The notes below the pieces were generated by a model that was not told where the DNA came from, made no database searches, and saw only the letters and a list, made by a program, of their open reading frames with translations. A DNA stretch of 40,613 nt from Basidioascus undulatus. Its lineage: Eukaryota. The position numbers were made by a program, and so were the translations under genes. Positions 10,945 through 22,800 of the stretch are shown in pieces (the stretch's first letter is position 1; every line of letters starts with the position of its first letter). Location: the NCBI GenBank assembly GCA_000826855.1, contig JTLS01000032.1:1-40613 (forward strand). The letters are read 5' to 3'.

Positions 10945-12099
10945 ATGCCGTCGTCCCAGAGCAGCGAAACCACTGCCGTTGCCGCCATGCACGAGAGCAA
11001 GATCCCTCCTTCGACTCAAGCCACGGCGATTCCAAATTCCGTTTCACCCACCAAGGTACGCTACGGCTCGCGAAGTCATCGTTCCCGGGGGTGCCGAGAC
11101 CTCAAACGAGACGTGCGCAGGAAACACTGTCGGAGAGCCAGGCGAAGCATACACCTCTGCATGCAGACGACCTCCATCATGTCGAGGAACCAAAAGGAGG
11201 CGAAGTCAAAGAAACAAAGAGGGTCAGCCTGTCTTCATCGCATATGACCTGAAGGTGCGTCGGGCGTGCAAGGCAGGTGCTATCACACGAAGTCTGACGC
11301 GGGGAGTGGACAGGAGCATTCACCGGAGAAGGCCCTAACACAGTATGTCTTTTTACCTAGACTCGGGAATGACTCCGGACTCCCAGAGCTCCTCAAATAA
11401 GCTGAGTCGCCATGCGTTCACCCAACCGCTTCATCGACCATGTCCTTCGCCCCGGCGACGACGTCTTCTTGGTCACGATCATTCCGGCGGCCGTCTATGA
11501 GCCGAGTGCCGCCCTCGGTGGCGGATAGTACGCCGACCAGGTTGAAACGAGCAAGTTCTCCGCAGCTGGCGGGTGGAGGTGGTCGCGGCGCTGCGCAACC
11601 AAGCGGAGAAGATCAAGGCGAAGGGTGTTCCGGATGTGGTAAGTTTTTCGCACTTTGGAAGTGAACACCGGGGGCTAATTCCATCGCGGTGGTTAGTCAA
11701 TGACAGATCACGCTGCTCACGGTGAAGCGAAGTTCGCCATCCCCCGCATTGCTAAGGTGAGTTGGACCAGCCTATACCGTTAAACACCGTGAAGCTGAGC
11801 GCCTGTGCATCTCCTCAGTACCACAACGCGGAGTTGATTATTCTCGATATAGAGCATTCCTTTTGAATGTTCTCCTTGTAATTACGCTTACTGACCCTTC
11901 CTCACGCCCATAAAACAGGCCGTCGTGGGCTGTCGCGCAGGCAGAAGTTTATGGGACCTGGGAGGTGAGGCTTGCACCGCACTTTCCAATCAGCTGAGAG
12001 CTGTCAACATTTCACAGCGTCTCTTCCTACATCTTGGCTCACACCGATGTACCTATCCTGATCGTCAAGACCGGTCCACCCCCACATCATGGGATCTGA
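10945..12099 (+). pseudogene. Universal stress protein (Usp) domain gene, degenerate
   Basis: Spliced fragments VFIAYDLK|EHSPEKALT, FIDHVLRPGDDVFLVTII, YHNAELIIL(G)RRGLSRRQKFMG and GSVSSYILAHTDVPILIVK match the USP consensus (VAVDGSExSxxAL ... GSRGxG...GSVSxxVxxxAxxPVLVV). There is an in-frame TAG at 11526-11528, damaged splice sites (e.g. donor GT>AT at 11847) and frame changes. The start codon is tentative. Confidence 0.8.
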
Positions 12100-14579
12100 G
12101 AAGCTTCAAGCGATGCGTTGTTTTCTCAGGGGGTGTTCTCCCTGGGTTAATTATAGGTCGAGACAGGGTGATTCCACATTGCTGTATACAATACGCTTTT
12201 GTACCATTTCATGTCTGACTGGGTTTACTGCCACTCCCCGCGCGGTGCATTACCAGACCTTGAGCGCTGCAGTGAAGACCTACCGACGGCAGCCCGAGAA
12301 GCCTCCGTTCATGTATTTCTTTATGAGTAAAACACACGAGAGCGGAATATACGCCAGGTAGGCGAGTGGCATGCGACTGTTGGAGGACTCGTCTTCCTGT
12401 CGGTTCCAACGGCCTCGACCGTCGCCATTGGCTCCTCGTCCGCAGGCATTGGCAGCCGTAATCAAGATATGCACAATACCTACTGTCCTGCAGGAAAAGA
12501 AATTTGTACAAGAACACCCCGTAGATAAAGCCGTGGAGCTCAGACTGAATCAACTTCAGCATCCCCTATCTGTTCATCCCCTGCAATCCCGAACGATGCG
12601 CCCGTCCCAGGACAGCGAAATCACTACCGTCGCTGGTACGCACGAGCCAGACGCCGGCAAGCCCACTTCCTCGAACCACGGAATTGGAATTTCTAAATTC
12701 AGTTCTACCGATTAAGGTGCGGTCCTAGCCTGCGAAGTCCCCTATCTCATGGAAGGCTGAGCCCTCAAACGAGGAGCACAGGAAACACTCTCCAGCTCTG
12801 AGGACCGTAATGGGCAACCGTGGGCTACCTTGGCCAGGTTTACACGGGGCGTATGCGGCGCTGCAGGGTTGTCGCATAGCGAGATTCCCTTGACTTTTGG
12901 TATTTGTTCAGACAAGTCTTGAGAGTCCAATTCTCCGCCTACATTTTTGCTTGAACCTGCCGGGGATGGTCCACTAAATGACTCGGGACAAACCCCTTGG
13001 CTCTCCGTACGCATTATATCGCCAGACACCCAGACTCTGCACTGACTCACAGCATCTTGTGATATTTGTGGACTATCGTGGCAGACGGAAAGTAAGTGCG
13101 ACCTGAAAAGTATGAGAACTAGAGCGACGGAGGTCGGCCACGTATGGTGGCCAGGTGGCAGCCTGCTGCCTGCACGCCCTCGATTCGACTGCAGGCGCTG
13201 CTCCTGTAGCGTACCGGTCTTGGGTCGACATTTAGAAACTGGAGAAATCAAGTCAAAAACCCCAGAAGATGGTCGACTCAATCTGCAGAAACAGTCTGCT
13301 TGGCTATTGTTTAATTGTGCAATGCAGCCCTCGCAGGCGCATGACGGACACCTCAAGACGCCGAGCCTGTGCATGCCTGTCTACTAACGGCAAAAGTAAT
13401 AAATACAGGTAATCTTAAGGAGAACAATTTTGTTGGGAGAAGTGTAGAAGAGGCCCTGCAATCTGAACAAGGGCAGTGGTCGGAATCGCCCTTGCTCGCT
13501 ACCGGTTCATCCGGCTGCTTTCCTTTTGAGTATCAGTGCGGCTACAAAGCCTTTTTGTGGATTAAATTTTGTTGCCCTCACCAGCTCTTTTCAGGACAGT
13601 GAGAAAAGTATTGCAGCGCTGGATGTCTGTCAAGTGACGATGGGTTTGCGGCATGAGCGTTACTCAGTTACTCTGCCAGTTCAGTTTGTCCCAGCCTTTA
13701 ACGAAGCGTATTGGCTGAATACTCGTAAATGGGTATAAGAGATAATTTTTATGAGCTCATGGCTTTGGTATACCTGGCCGAGCAGGTTAGCCGGTGGACG
13801 CCGAACAATGGAACCCATGCACAAGTTGTTCAGAGCCGTCAACCTGGAACGGGGCCTCACCGAACTATGGATAGGGAGGAATAGGCCATGACGGGGTTCT
13901 CACTCCGTTACTCGTTGGCAAGTAGACACACTCCTTGCTTGCAGTGCTGCGACCAGCATTACCCTTCATTGTTGATGGTCGCCCGTCAATGGCTGCCAGT
14001 GCTCGGCGTCGTTGAGAGGGCTGTTGCAGGTGCACACCTTGCTTTTTCATGAATACTGGTCTGAATTTTGAATTTATCTTTCATCGGAAGTTCCCGGTAG
14101 GAGTCCTGAGGCAGCACTGATCCACTTTCATCAACCGTCGGAGATGAGGCATTGGAGCCCTCGGGTAGCACTGCACCGCGGCCTAGGCATGATCCCGTTT
14201 CGACGCTCTTGCAAGAGAAGTTGCTCGCCCGGATTCTTTCGCTTCGAACTCGGGTATATTTGAGATAAACTTGAAGGTCAGGCACGACAGCAACGCGCGT
14301 CACCTGGAAGCCAGCGACGACCCCCTAAGCAGGGCTGCAACAAGGGGCCGCACTGCCGTGCAGGCCAGGCACATGCACATTTTCACCGTCCGTGCGACTG
14401 CGAAAAGGTGCAATTGGATTGCCTTTTGTTTGAGATGCGAAAAGGACAGCAGACATCGGGACAACGCGCGCTAAAGGAAACCAAGCCACAACCCCCAGCC
14501 GCAGCTGCAATCGCCAGCCGCGACACCCTGTAATCGCAAGATCAAGCAAGCCCGCTGCTCAACGAATTGGAAAAACTGC

Positions 14580-14824
14580 TCAGGCATACTGAGCCTCCTT
14601 GTCGACGGACGGCAGAAGCTTGATGCTTGTACTTGTCAGGTTCGCGACGTCATTCACCGCGTGAAAGCACCCCGAGCCCGACACAAACTGGCTGATAACG
14701 CACCGGCGTGACGAACTGAGCCGTTGTCGGCAGCGGATTTGTCGCCCCAGAACATCTTCGGCGACCGCTCGTCCATCAGGTTCGCGAGCGTCTGCAGATG
14801 GCCGTACGCTGCCGGCTGCGGTCC
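14580..14824 (-). repeat. Second copy: 3'-terminal remnant of the GPQPAAYGH-family gene (paralog of 6380-6584)
   Basis: Encodes GPQPAAYGHLQTLANLMDERSPKMFWGDKSAADNGSVRHAG, then an intron-like segment (GTGCGT..CTGAC) and TSIKLLPSVDKEAQYA*, which parallels KPLRDVFKDARYAG in copy 1. Confidence 0.85.
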
Positions 14825-15732
14825 ACCCAGCTGTTTTTGTGCAGCTTGTAAAACAGTCATCCCGCGCTGGGACTTGCATGCAGGTCCAGCTGCTAACGGA
14901 TACGCAGTCTTTGTAAAGCCATGTGATGCCATGATGTAAAAACCGGGTAACACCCAAGAGAGCTGTGAATTTCCACCGAACAACAGAATGACATTATCCC
15001 GCCACGAACTGCGAAAGCTGTGATACACAGCCGGGAACGACGCATCAAACACGCAGTCTATTCGATTTCTGGAGGAGTCAGTTGCTGCTATCCTTGCTCT
15101 ATAAGGCTTCGAGAAGGTACGCACTTGGCACAGACTTCGTTGTGCAGCTTTGATTTCCACGTGAACGGGACCTGGTCCAGTGTGCGCTTCAAGAAGGACA
15201 AGTGCGCCTTGACAAGCTTGTGGTACGCTCCGGTTCCCATGCGCGCTGCCTCTTCGGGAGTAATAGCAGTTATGCTACTCCGTGAAGCGGACGCCAGGAG
15301 GGTGTCTGCCGAGTCGCTCAAGCCGAGGCTGGAGAGGAGGATGTATGCCTGCAGCGCCGCGCGGTCCGGCTGCGACAGCGCGAGAATGACGAGGTGTTGC
15401 CCGAACACGTCCAGGACTCTCCGGGCTTTGTACTTCGTTGCCGCTCGAAGAAGGATGTTCGTCTCCTCTATCGTTTCGGGTAGCTGAGGCGGCGCGCGGT
15501 CCGGGTCGAACAGCGTGAGCAGCGGGGTGAGGACCTTCTGCGGCTCAGGGAGGCAGAGCGCCCCAGTCGAGTCGAGCCTGTACGTGCCGAGGTCGAGCTT
15601 GGTGAGAAAGACCGAGGAGTTGAACCGAAGGATCTTTGGGGACACATAGAAGAGCGTGTTGTCCGAGGAGCGCAGGATGATGCAGGATGGGTCGGCCGGG
15701 AACTCAGGAGAAACCCACGCGGTGGGAGGCAT
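14654..15732 (-). CDS. BTB/POZ-domain protein, two exons (15732-15125, 15068-14654); C-terminus runs into a GPQPAAYGH-family fragment
   Basis: IILRSSDNTLFYVSPKILRFNSSVF...LPEPQKVLTPLLTLF...LLRAATKY is a typical fungal BTB pattern. A 56-nt intron GTGCGT..ACTGAC..CCAG (15124-15069) joins AA|A in frame to the 14654-15160 ORF. Alternative start at 15801. Confidence 0.8.
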
Positions 15733-16891
15733 GATCTCCGAGGGGGAAGGGACGCTGGGTGAGCGATCGATGAGCGGCCATCTGATGGAGTTGAGGCGCA
15801 TGCTTCTCTGTTAGAGAAGAGTTGAGGGGGGAAGAGCGGACTGCCGAGCGAACTTACGTGAATGGGGACGAGCTGGGAAATTGGCGGCACGCTGCGACAG
15901 TGTCACTCTTGTAAGCACCGTCCCGAAACGTCGCGGAGACGTGGCCGATCCAAAGATATACCTCAAACGGATTCTCTTTGAAGCAATAGAATAGTCGTTT
16001 TCCGTACCCACACCGCACGTGAACGATATCAGACGTTGTGGAACAGCACCAGCGTCGCAGTGGATGCACCCGCCCCTCTGCTAGAAAGATTGTCCCGGTG
16101 CACAGGTGGCGACAATGGCCCTTGACATACCACGAAGTTTGTTGATCTCTGGTGAACAAAACATTGACAAGGGCGAGACCGAGGCTCTGCATCCAGCGCG
16201 TCGAGGCGTTCCGCTGTAGGATCTCACAAGTCCGTTTCAACAGCGTTGATTGGCGCGGTAAGACACTTCGTTTCGCTGTTGCAGCTGGTCCAATTTCTTT
16301 CAGTGTACGGAGTTTGGTGACCAAGCCCTCGATGCGTGCTCGAACGTACGCTCCGCTTAGACGCCGGCGAGTTTCTGTGGAGGCAATGGTGTTCACCCCT
16401 GGCACCCGCCGTGCAGCATCAAAGGCCACGGAACTTCGCCGTTGTGAAAGCACGTTCGCCAGCTAGCTGTTGTGCCCAAGGTACCCGTTGTTTGTTTGTC
16501 CTTCACTCCCTGTGCCTGAACGGTGTCGAAAATGCACGTGTTTGTGATCAAGCATGCCTTACTCATCAAGCTCCGCGCGCATCCACCAGGAGCAGTTGAG
16601 GGGACATGGTCGTTCTCGGTGTCCTCCCACTATCTTTATTCAGAAATTTCGAGCACCTTGCGCGCATCCGACGTCTCCGTGGATACTAGCATACGGTAGC
16701 GAGGCAGGAGACGGCTGTCCATTTGCCTCGCTGGAATAATCGGGTCACGACGCCCAAGCAAGGCGAGCGCGATTCGGGGAGGCTTCAGGTCTGTAGCGCA
16801 GTGAGTCCACGGCACGCTCCCCAACGAGGTGTACGTTCTGAGAGGTGGCCGGGCTTCTCCCGTAGATCGAACCTCTCTTCGCCCCTCGAGC

Positions 16892-19800
16892 ATGGCTTTC
16901 ATTCACTCCCTCGCCGCAACGGCGAGCGTCAACCTCTCCGGCAACATCAACTGGCTCTTCCTCGTCGAGAGTATCGTCGTCGTCTTTTTGGCCCTGTTCT
17001 ACTTCTTCTGTACGTACAGCTTTAATGCAATGCAGTCCTACATGACCCATGTATTCTGCCCGTCATCTCATGTTCGTTGGCCCGCTCAGACTGGTCCCGC
17101 CTTCTCGGCTGGCTCCTGGGCGTCATAATCCGCGCGTTCGTCTGGAAGTCCAGCAATGCGTACATCGAGTTCGGTGCGTTTTCGTATGCCGCTTTGGGAT
17201 CAAATGGAATGTGTCTCATGTGGAGGGGCACACGCAGAGGCCGTGCAGTTCTCGCTTCTGGCGGGGCGGCTCCTGTTCAAGGACCTGCGATATTACAGCC
17301 GGAACCAGTCGGTGCGGATCCACCAGGGCAACATCACTTGGCGGTACTGGTTTTGGCGTGTGAGGGAGGAAGGGGACAAGCCATCGGCGAGTGCGCCCTC
17401 ATCCCCTTTATATAGTCTGTATTCACGTTCTCACTGATAACCGCGCTCATAGGCGGTAAACACATGTCATGCCGCCTATTCGTCTACGCCGAGGGCGTCG
17501 AGTGGTTCCTGTACAATCGGACACCCGCGTACGACGCGATGCTCGAGCGACTGGGCGTCCCGGACATCCTCGGTGCCCAAGACCCGCCCGCTCGTGCGTC
17601 CCGAGCCAGTTACCCAGGGGTCATTAAGCTAAGCTCACGAGAACCTCTGTCACGCAGCTCCAGCTCCAGTTGAGCCCTCCGACAAGCCCTCGGTCGATCT
17701 GTGGCGCGAGATGCTGCCCATCGAGATCCGGACGACGAAGGGCGCCGTCGTGCTCGGCAACGATGCGACACCCTCAGTCGTCATCGCCGAATTTTCCAGC
17801 TCGTCCGGCATCTACGCTGCGGGAAAGGTAGGCTGCTTCTATAGGTATTGTACATTTCTGGATGGTAAGGCTGACACGCCTCTCGTATGTAGTCCCGGTC
17901 CTCGCTCGACGAGTATCGCCAGAGCGTGACCTTCTCCTTCGTCCAGCCGAAGATCATCATTCGGACCAACCCCGACTACTGCGGCCCAATCTTGCAGTAC
18001 GGTGAGCTGGCGTACAAGTCGCTGAAGAAGCAAACGTACGTCTGCCCAGTTTCTTGCCCGAATCCACGTTCGCGCGTTCAAGCAACCCTCTCATTTCCCT
18101 CGTCCGTTAAGCGAACTGGACGAGGATCTCACTTCGCCCAGCTACTTCGCGCGACTCTCCTCCTTCGCTCAACTCGCGTATCGATACCCCGCGCTCGCCG
18201 TCGCAGACACCTTCTCGACGCTCCGTGGCCAGCCGGCGAAGCCGTGGCGCGGTCTGGACCGGTACAAGACGGAGGACGAAGTTGGGCCGAGCCACCACCC
18301 GGAGTACGCGAAGGTGATGACGCTCCTCGGTGATTGCCGCGAGATGGAGCTCGCGTACTACGCGGACGTCGTCGGGCGCGTGCCCGAAGACGCGCGACCC
18401 GTTATCGGCCTCGAGTCGCACGATATCGGGAACGGCGACCTCTCGCCCGAGTGGGGCGTCGACGTGTCCTTGAAGGGCGGCACGATCCATTATGGGCCTT
18501 GGGCGGACCGGCAGCGGTACGTCGGTGGGCATGCTGGCCGGAAATACGCTGCTGAACTCATGGCGTCATGGCGTTTTCCGGATTCGATGAGCAGAGATGC
18601 TATTCAGCGCGCGTTCACGCCTACCGTCTTCACCAACGGCCAGGTCACTAAGCATCTACAAGCTGGTGATCTGCGCATGCATACCGCCCTCAAGGTCTTC
18701 CTCGAGATTATCGAGCCCGTCAAGCTCCGCTTGCCCTTCCGCGAGCAGTCCAAGGTGCGCTAAAGAAGCTGCCCGGGCAATGCCTGAACGTCTCTTTAAC
18801 CCGCCTCAACCGCCGCCAGGACTGGGAATACGACGGCCACCGCGACCCGGAGGACCGCAAGAAGAAGGAGCGCCCGTACGGCTGGCTGGACGTCCTGATC
18901 GGGCAGCATTCGACGTGAGTTCAGGCTGTCGCAGTGCGCGCTGGATCTTTTTCACTCATGTGGCTCCATGACTAGCATCACCTACAACATGCCCATGGTG
19001 TCCACCGAGCACGGCTTCGATACTCTGCTGGAGCTGCACCTCGATTCGATCGCGATGACGTCCAGCGTCAACTACTCGCAGTTCCTCACCGCCAGCTCTG
19101 CCCGCGTGCGTATGATTCGCTGATCAGCTCAAGTTGTCGGGCAGGCTGCTGACATGCAGGCTGCTGCGACTACAGGTGCACTGCTCGATGCCTTCTCCGC
19201 TGCAATGGAACGCGCTCCGACAATGGGGCTTCAGCGTCACGCTCGTTCGCCCGGAGATCATGCTCCTCCGCGAGCATGTCCAGCTGTTTACCGACCTCGC
19301 GAAAGATTGGAGCTCAGGCCCGACAGGCGACTATCTGCACTTCGTGCCCTTCCGCTATACGTTCAGTACGTCCCTGTCGTTTGGCATTCAGACCAATCAG
19401 AGCCTTATCTCGCGTTGCAGACCTCGCGCTCATCAACTACAAGATCTTCCTCTGTACGGCATGTACTGCGCTTACCGGGATAGGAAAAGTGGACTAAAGC
19501 TGTTGTTCGCGCTGCAGACGTCAACGAGCAAAATGTCATCAACAACCAAGCAACGTCTCTTGTCGATAATGGTAGCTTTGCTGCGAGTTATGTATGTCCG
19601 GCGCCGTTACACTTACCGTTGTCCAAACCTGGATCAGCCTTCATTGTCCTCGGCGGCCCGCGCTTCGACACGCACGTCGTCATCCCCTCTGAAAAGTACC
19701 GCGCGACGAGCACGCAGATCACTTTCACGGTCGAAGCTCCCAAAGCCACGCTCGAGCTTGCGCTTCCGGAGTTCAACACGCACTCGGCCTTCGCGGACGA

Positions 19801-22800
19801 GAGGCGGCGGCGGTTCGCCGACGTCGGGACGATTCGCATAGCCGCCTCTTACCTCTATTACGCGTCTGTCGCGCCCGACCACGTCGAGACGCTCAAGCTC
19901 GACATCTTCGTATGTGCCTTGCCTCTTTCGGGATATGCAATCGCACTGACCGTTGCTCACGTATTTCACAGGGTCGTGAGATCCGCTTCCTCTTGCTCGG
20001 CGACCTCATCAAGTTTGTCTTCAACTTGCGAGACAACTACTTCGGCTCGTGAGTGATCGCTCAGCGTAGGAGAAAGCATGGAGGCTCACACCGTGCTCTG
20101 TACAGCTTCACGCAGTCCACGACATCAGAAGAATGGCCAGCGAAGAAAGCCGCTGGTCTTCTCGGCGACTCGGGCCAGAAATGGCGTCCAGGAAAGGTAC
20201 GCAGGTCGAATATCCGCTTCGCTTCGCCATTGACATTTCATCCCTCAGTCGGACGTCTTCGAAGTCAATGTCGAGCTCTCCATCACCGAGTCCGTGCTCT
20301 TGCTACCGGAAACCATCTACTTGTCCGAACCGTCAATCGCGTGCGCGATCCCGGAGCTACAGCTGGTACTGCGAAATAACGATTATGGCATGGGTGCGCT
20401 CTCATTTTGCCGGATCTCATATGACAGCGCTCTGATGAGGATTTCGGCCGCAGACATGTCCCTCAACGTGCAGCCCGTGCATGTCGTCCAAGGGTCTGAT
20501 CCTTACGAGCGCGCATCATCGACCAAACCGCCTCCAGAGTGCCTCATCATCGACGGTACGCTGTCTCACTTCTCGTTGTTTCGCCGTGTTCTGACGAAGC
20601 GGGTGCAGGCCTGGACGTCATTGCGCACCGCCTCTTCGGTCCGCAACCGGCGACCGCGACGTACCTCTGTCTGTGGGAGATTCGGGTCGGCCAAGTGAAG
20701 GGACGGATAGCTCCTCCGTTCCTGCTTGCTCTTTCAGCGGCTGGTCGTGCGTTCGGCGTCAACTTCTCCGACAAGGACAACTCGCTTCCGCCGGAAGATC
20801 AAGTCGCTTCTGCTCCGGACGGTTAGTTGTATATCGGTTTCCTCTAGAGCTCTGCTCATTCTGACTTTCCCATTTTTCAGTCACGTTCTTCAAGCTCAGC
20901 CTTGGCGCTGTCGACTTCGCTGTCATGCTCTCCGAGGTCGCGCTTCAAGTTTCGGCCCCTGATGGTCTCGCGCTCGATTTCAACGACCGCGCGTCGGCTT
21001 CTTATCTCAAGATGATCTCCCTACGCCTCCTGCAGCTCGATGTTCGGCTTCTGACGCCCATTACTTCGGCGCGTACGCGGTGGCTCGAAACTGCCTCGCT
21101 CGCCCTCGACGCCGAGCCGATGATCTACCTCAGCTCCGGCAACTGGGAACAGCGCGTCGCAGCGCAGTCCGCGTTCGTGCGCGAGCAGGATGCCGAGACG
21201 CAGCGCGCTACCTTCATTTACGACCCTCAGACCAAGCTTGCTCCCGAGGGTGAGGAGAGACGTACCATTGACCGTGCCACGGATACCTTCGCTCAGACCC
21301 CATCCTCCCACAGGTCCCGTTTTCCGCGGTCGCCTGCATCTTCCCGTACCACGTCATCCCCTGGCCTGTAAGTTTATCAGGGTAGCGTGGATCTCGGCTT
21401 TGGTGCTCACGTCTCGCCGAGTAGCTTTCTATTCTGCCAGCGACTCGGAGGGCGCGACGCCGACGACGGAAACGGCTTCCTCAAGATCACCTGTCGCTAG
21501 TAGCAGTACGAGCGACGATGGCGATGTGTCAGACATCTCGGAACCTTCGGCTGAGTGCGTCTTCTTCTTCTCAGCAACCGCAGCCAGGTCTCACGCAGTT
21601 TCATTCGCAGTGACGGTCGGATACCGCCCTCTCGTAGCTCACGTACTGCCTCGTTCGCGACGGCGCCGGAGACCGACAGTTCCGACAGCGATTCGGAAGT
21701 GGAAGAACTGCAGCGTCCTTCTCGTAAGCCAGTTCGCCTGCATTTGTGAGAAGGGATCCTGACGCCTTTGACCTTTCAGTTCATGGCGCGCGATTGTCAA
21801 GTGACTCCGGTAACGTACGCGCTCTGTCCTACGCCCTGTTCCTCCCTCGCCTGCTCTTCTCCAACTCCTTCGACTACGACGAGCCCAACTTTCGTCTTAC
21901 TCGCGAGGTAAGCGGTCTCTTGTTTTTGCCGGTTTCTCATACTGACAATTCCTCGCATAGGCTCGTCTGAAGCGAGATACGGAACGCTCCGTGCCTTCTC
22001 GACCCGAACCGCCGAAGGCCTCGTTCGGACGCGACCGTCACTTTTCCCGAGACTCCTCCGCCGCTTCGACGACAGTCAGAGTGCTCGTGAACCGCGACAT
22101 CTCGGTTCTCTGGTCACCCCTGTCCACGAGCCCCCTTATAGCCCTTCTGAACGCTCTCTACGCGCCCGTACGTTCATGAGGAGCAGCCTGGCCAGCACCA
22201 TGAAGCTGTGAATTTACTGACCGTTTTCGGCCTTGCTGTCTTCTCAGGAGGGCCTCGAGCAGAGCCTAGACGCGTTGCTAGCTCGGCAAATGTCGACGGG
22301 CTCGTCAACAGCTGGCGCGTCGACTCTCATCCTGGACGTCCGCGTTCCGGTCGTTCGCGCGAGAGCCGTCTGCCGCAACGAAGCGGCGCAGTCGTCCGCT
22401 TCCAAGGCCGCTTCTGACTCATTTTCGATCGGCGAGGCCTCGCTCGAGTCCATCGACGTCAGTCTGCGCTGGACGACATCGCCTGTGATGGCCCCGTCTG
22501 CGACACCGGCTTCGACGCACGCGATCACGGATCTTCAGGCTGCCGTAGACCTCGGCCCGATCGGCGTGCACTGCAACGTCGCGAGCGTCACCCCTCGTGC
22601 GAGCAGCGACGCGCTCCCTTCGAGCCTGCTCCCGACGGCGACCACGGCGCCTCCCGGTTGGGCCGTGCTGGTCTTCTCCCTCTCCGGTATTTCCGCCGTA
22701 GCGTCCTACCGTCCAGAACGAGCGGGTGGTACCGTCACTATCGGCAATACCGACCTGGCCTTCGTCGAGCTCGCTGCCGACGCGCTTTTGGGTCTCGTCG

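Noticed and set aside
12100..14550. Several 60-210 aa ORFs on both strands (e.g. 12742-13374 -)
   Set aside because: No family motif, no coherent splice pattern and no transposase/RT signature recognised; cannot support a call.
6469..14824. Direct repeats interpreted as LTRs of a retroelement
   Set aside because: The repeats are protein-coding paralog fragments, lack TG...CA ends and TSDs, and no gag/pol lies between them.
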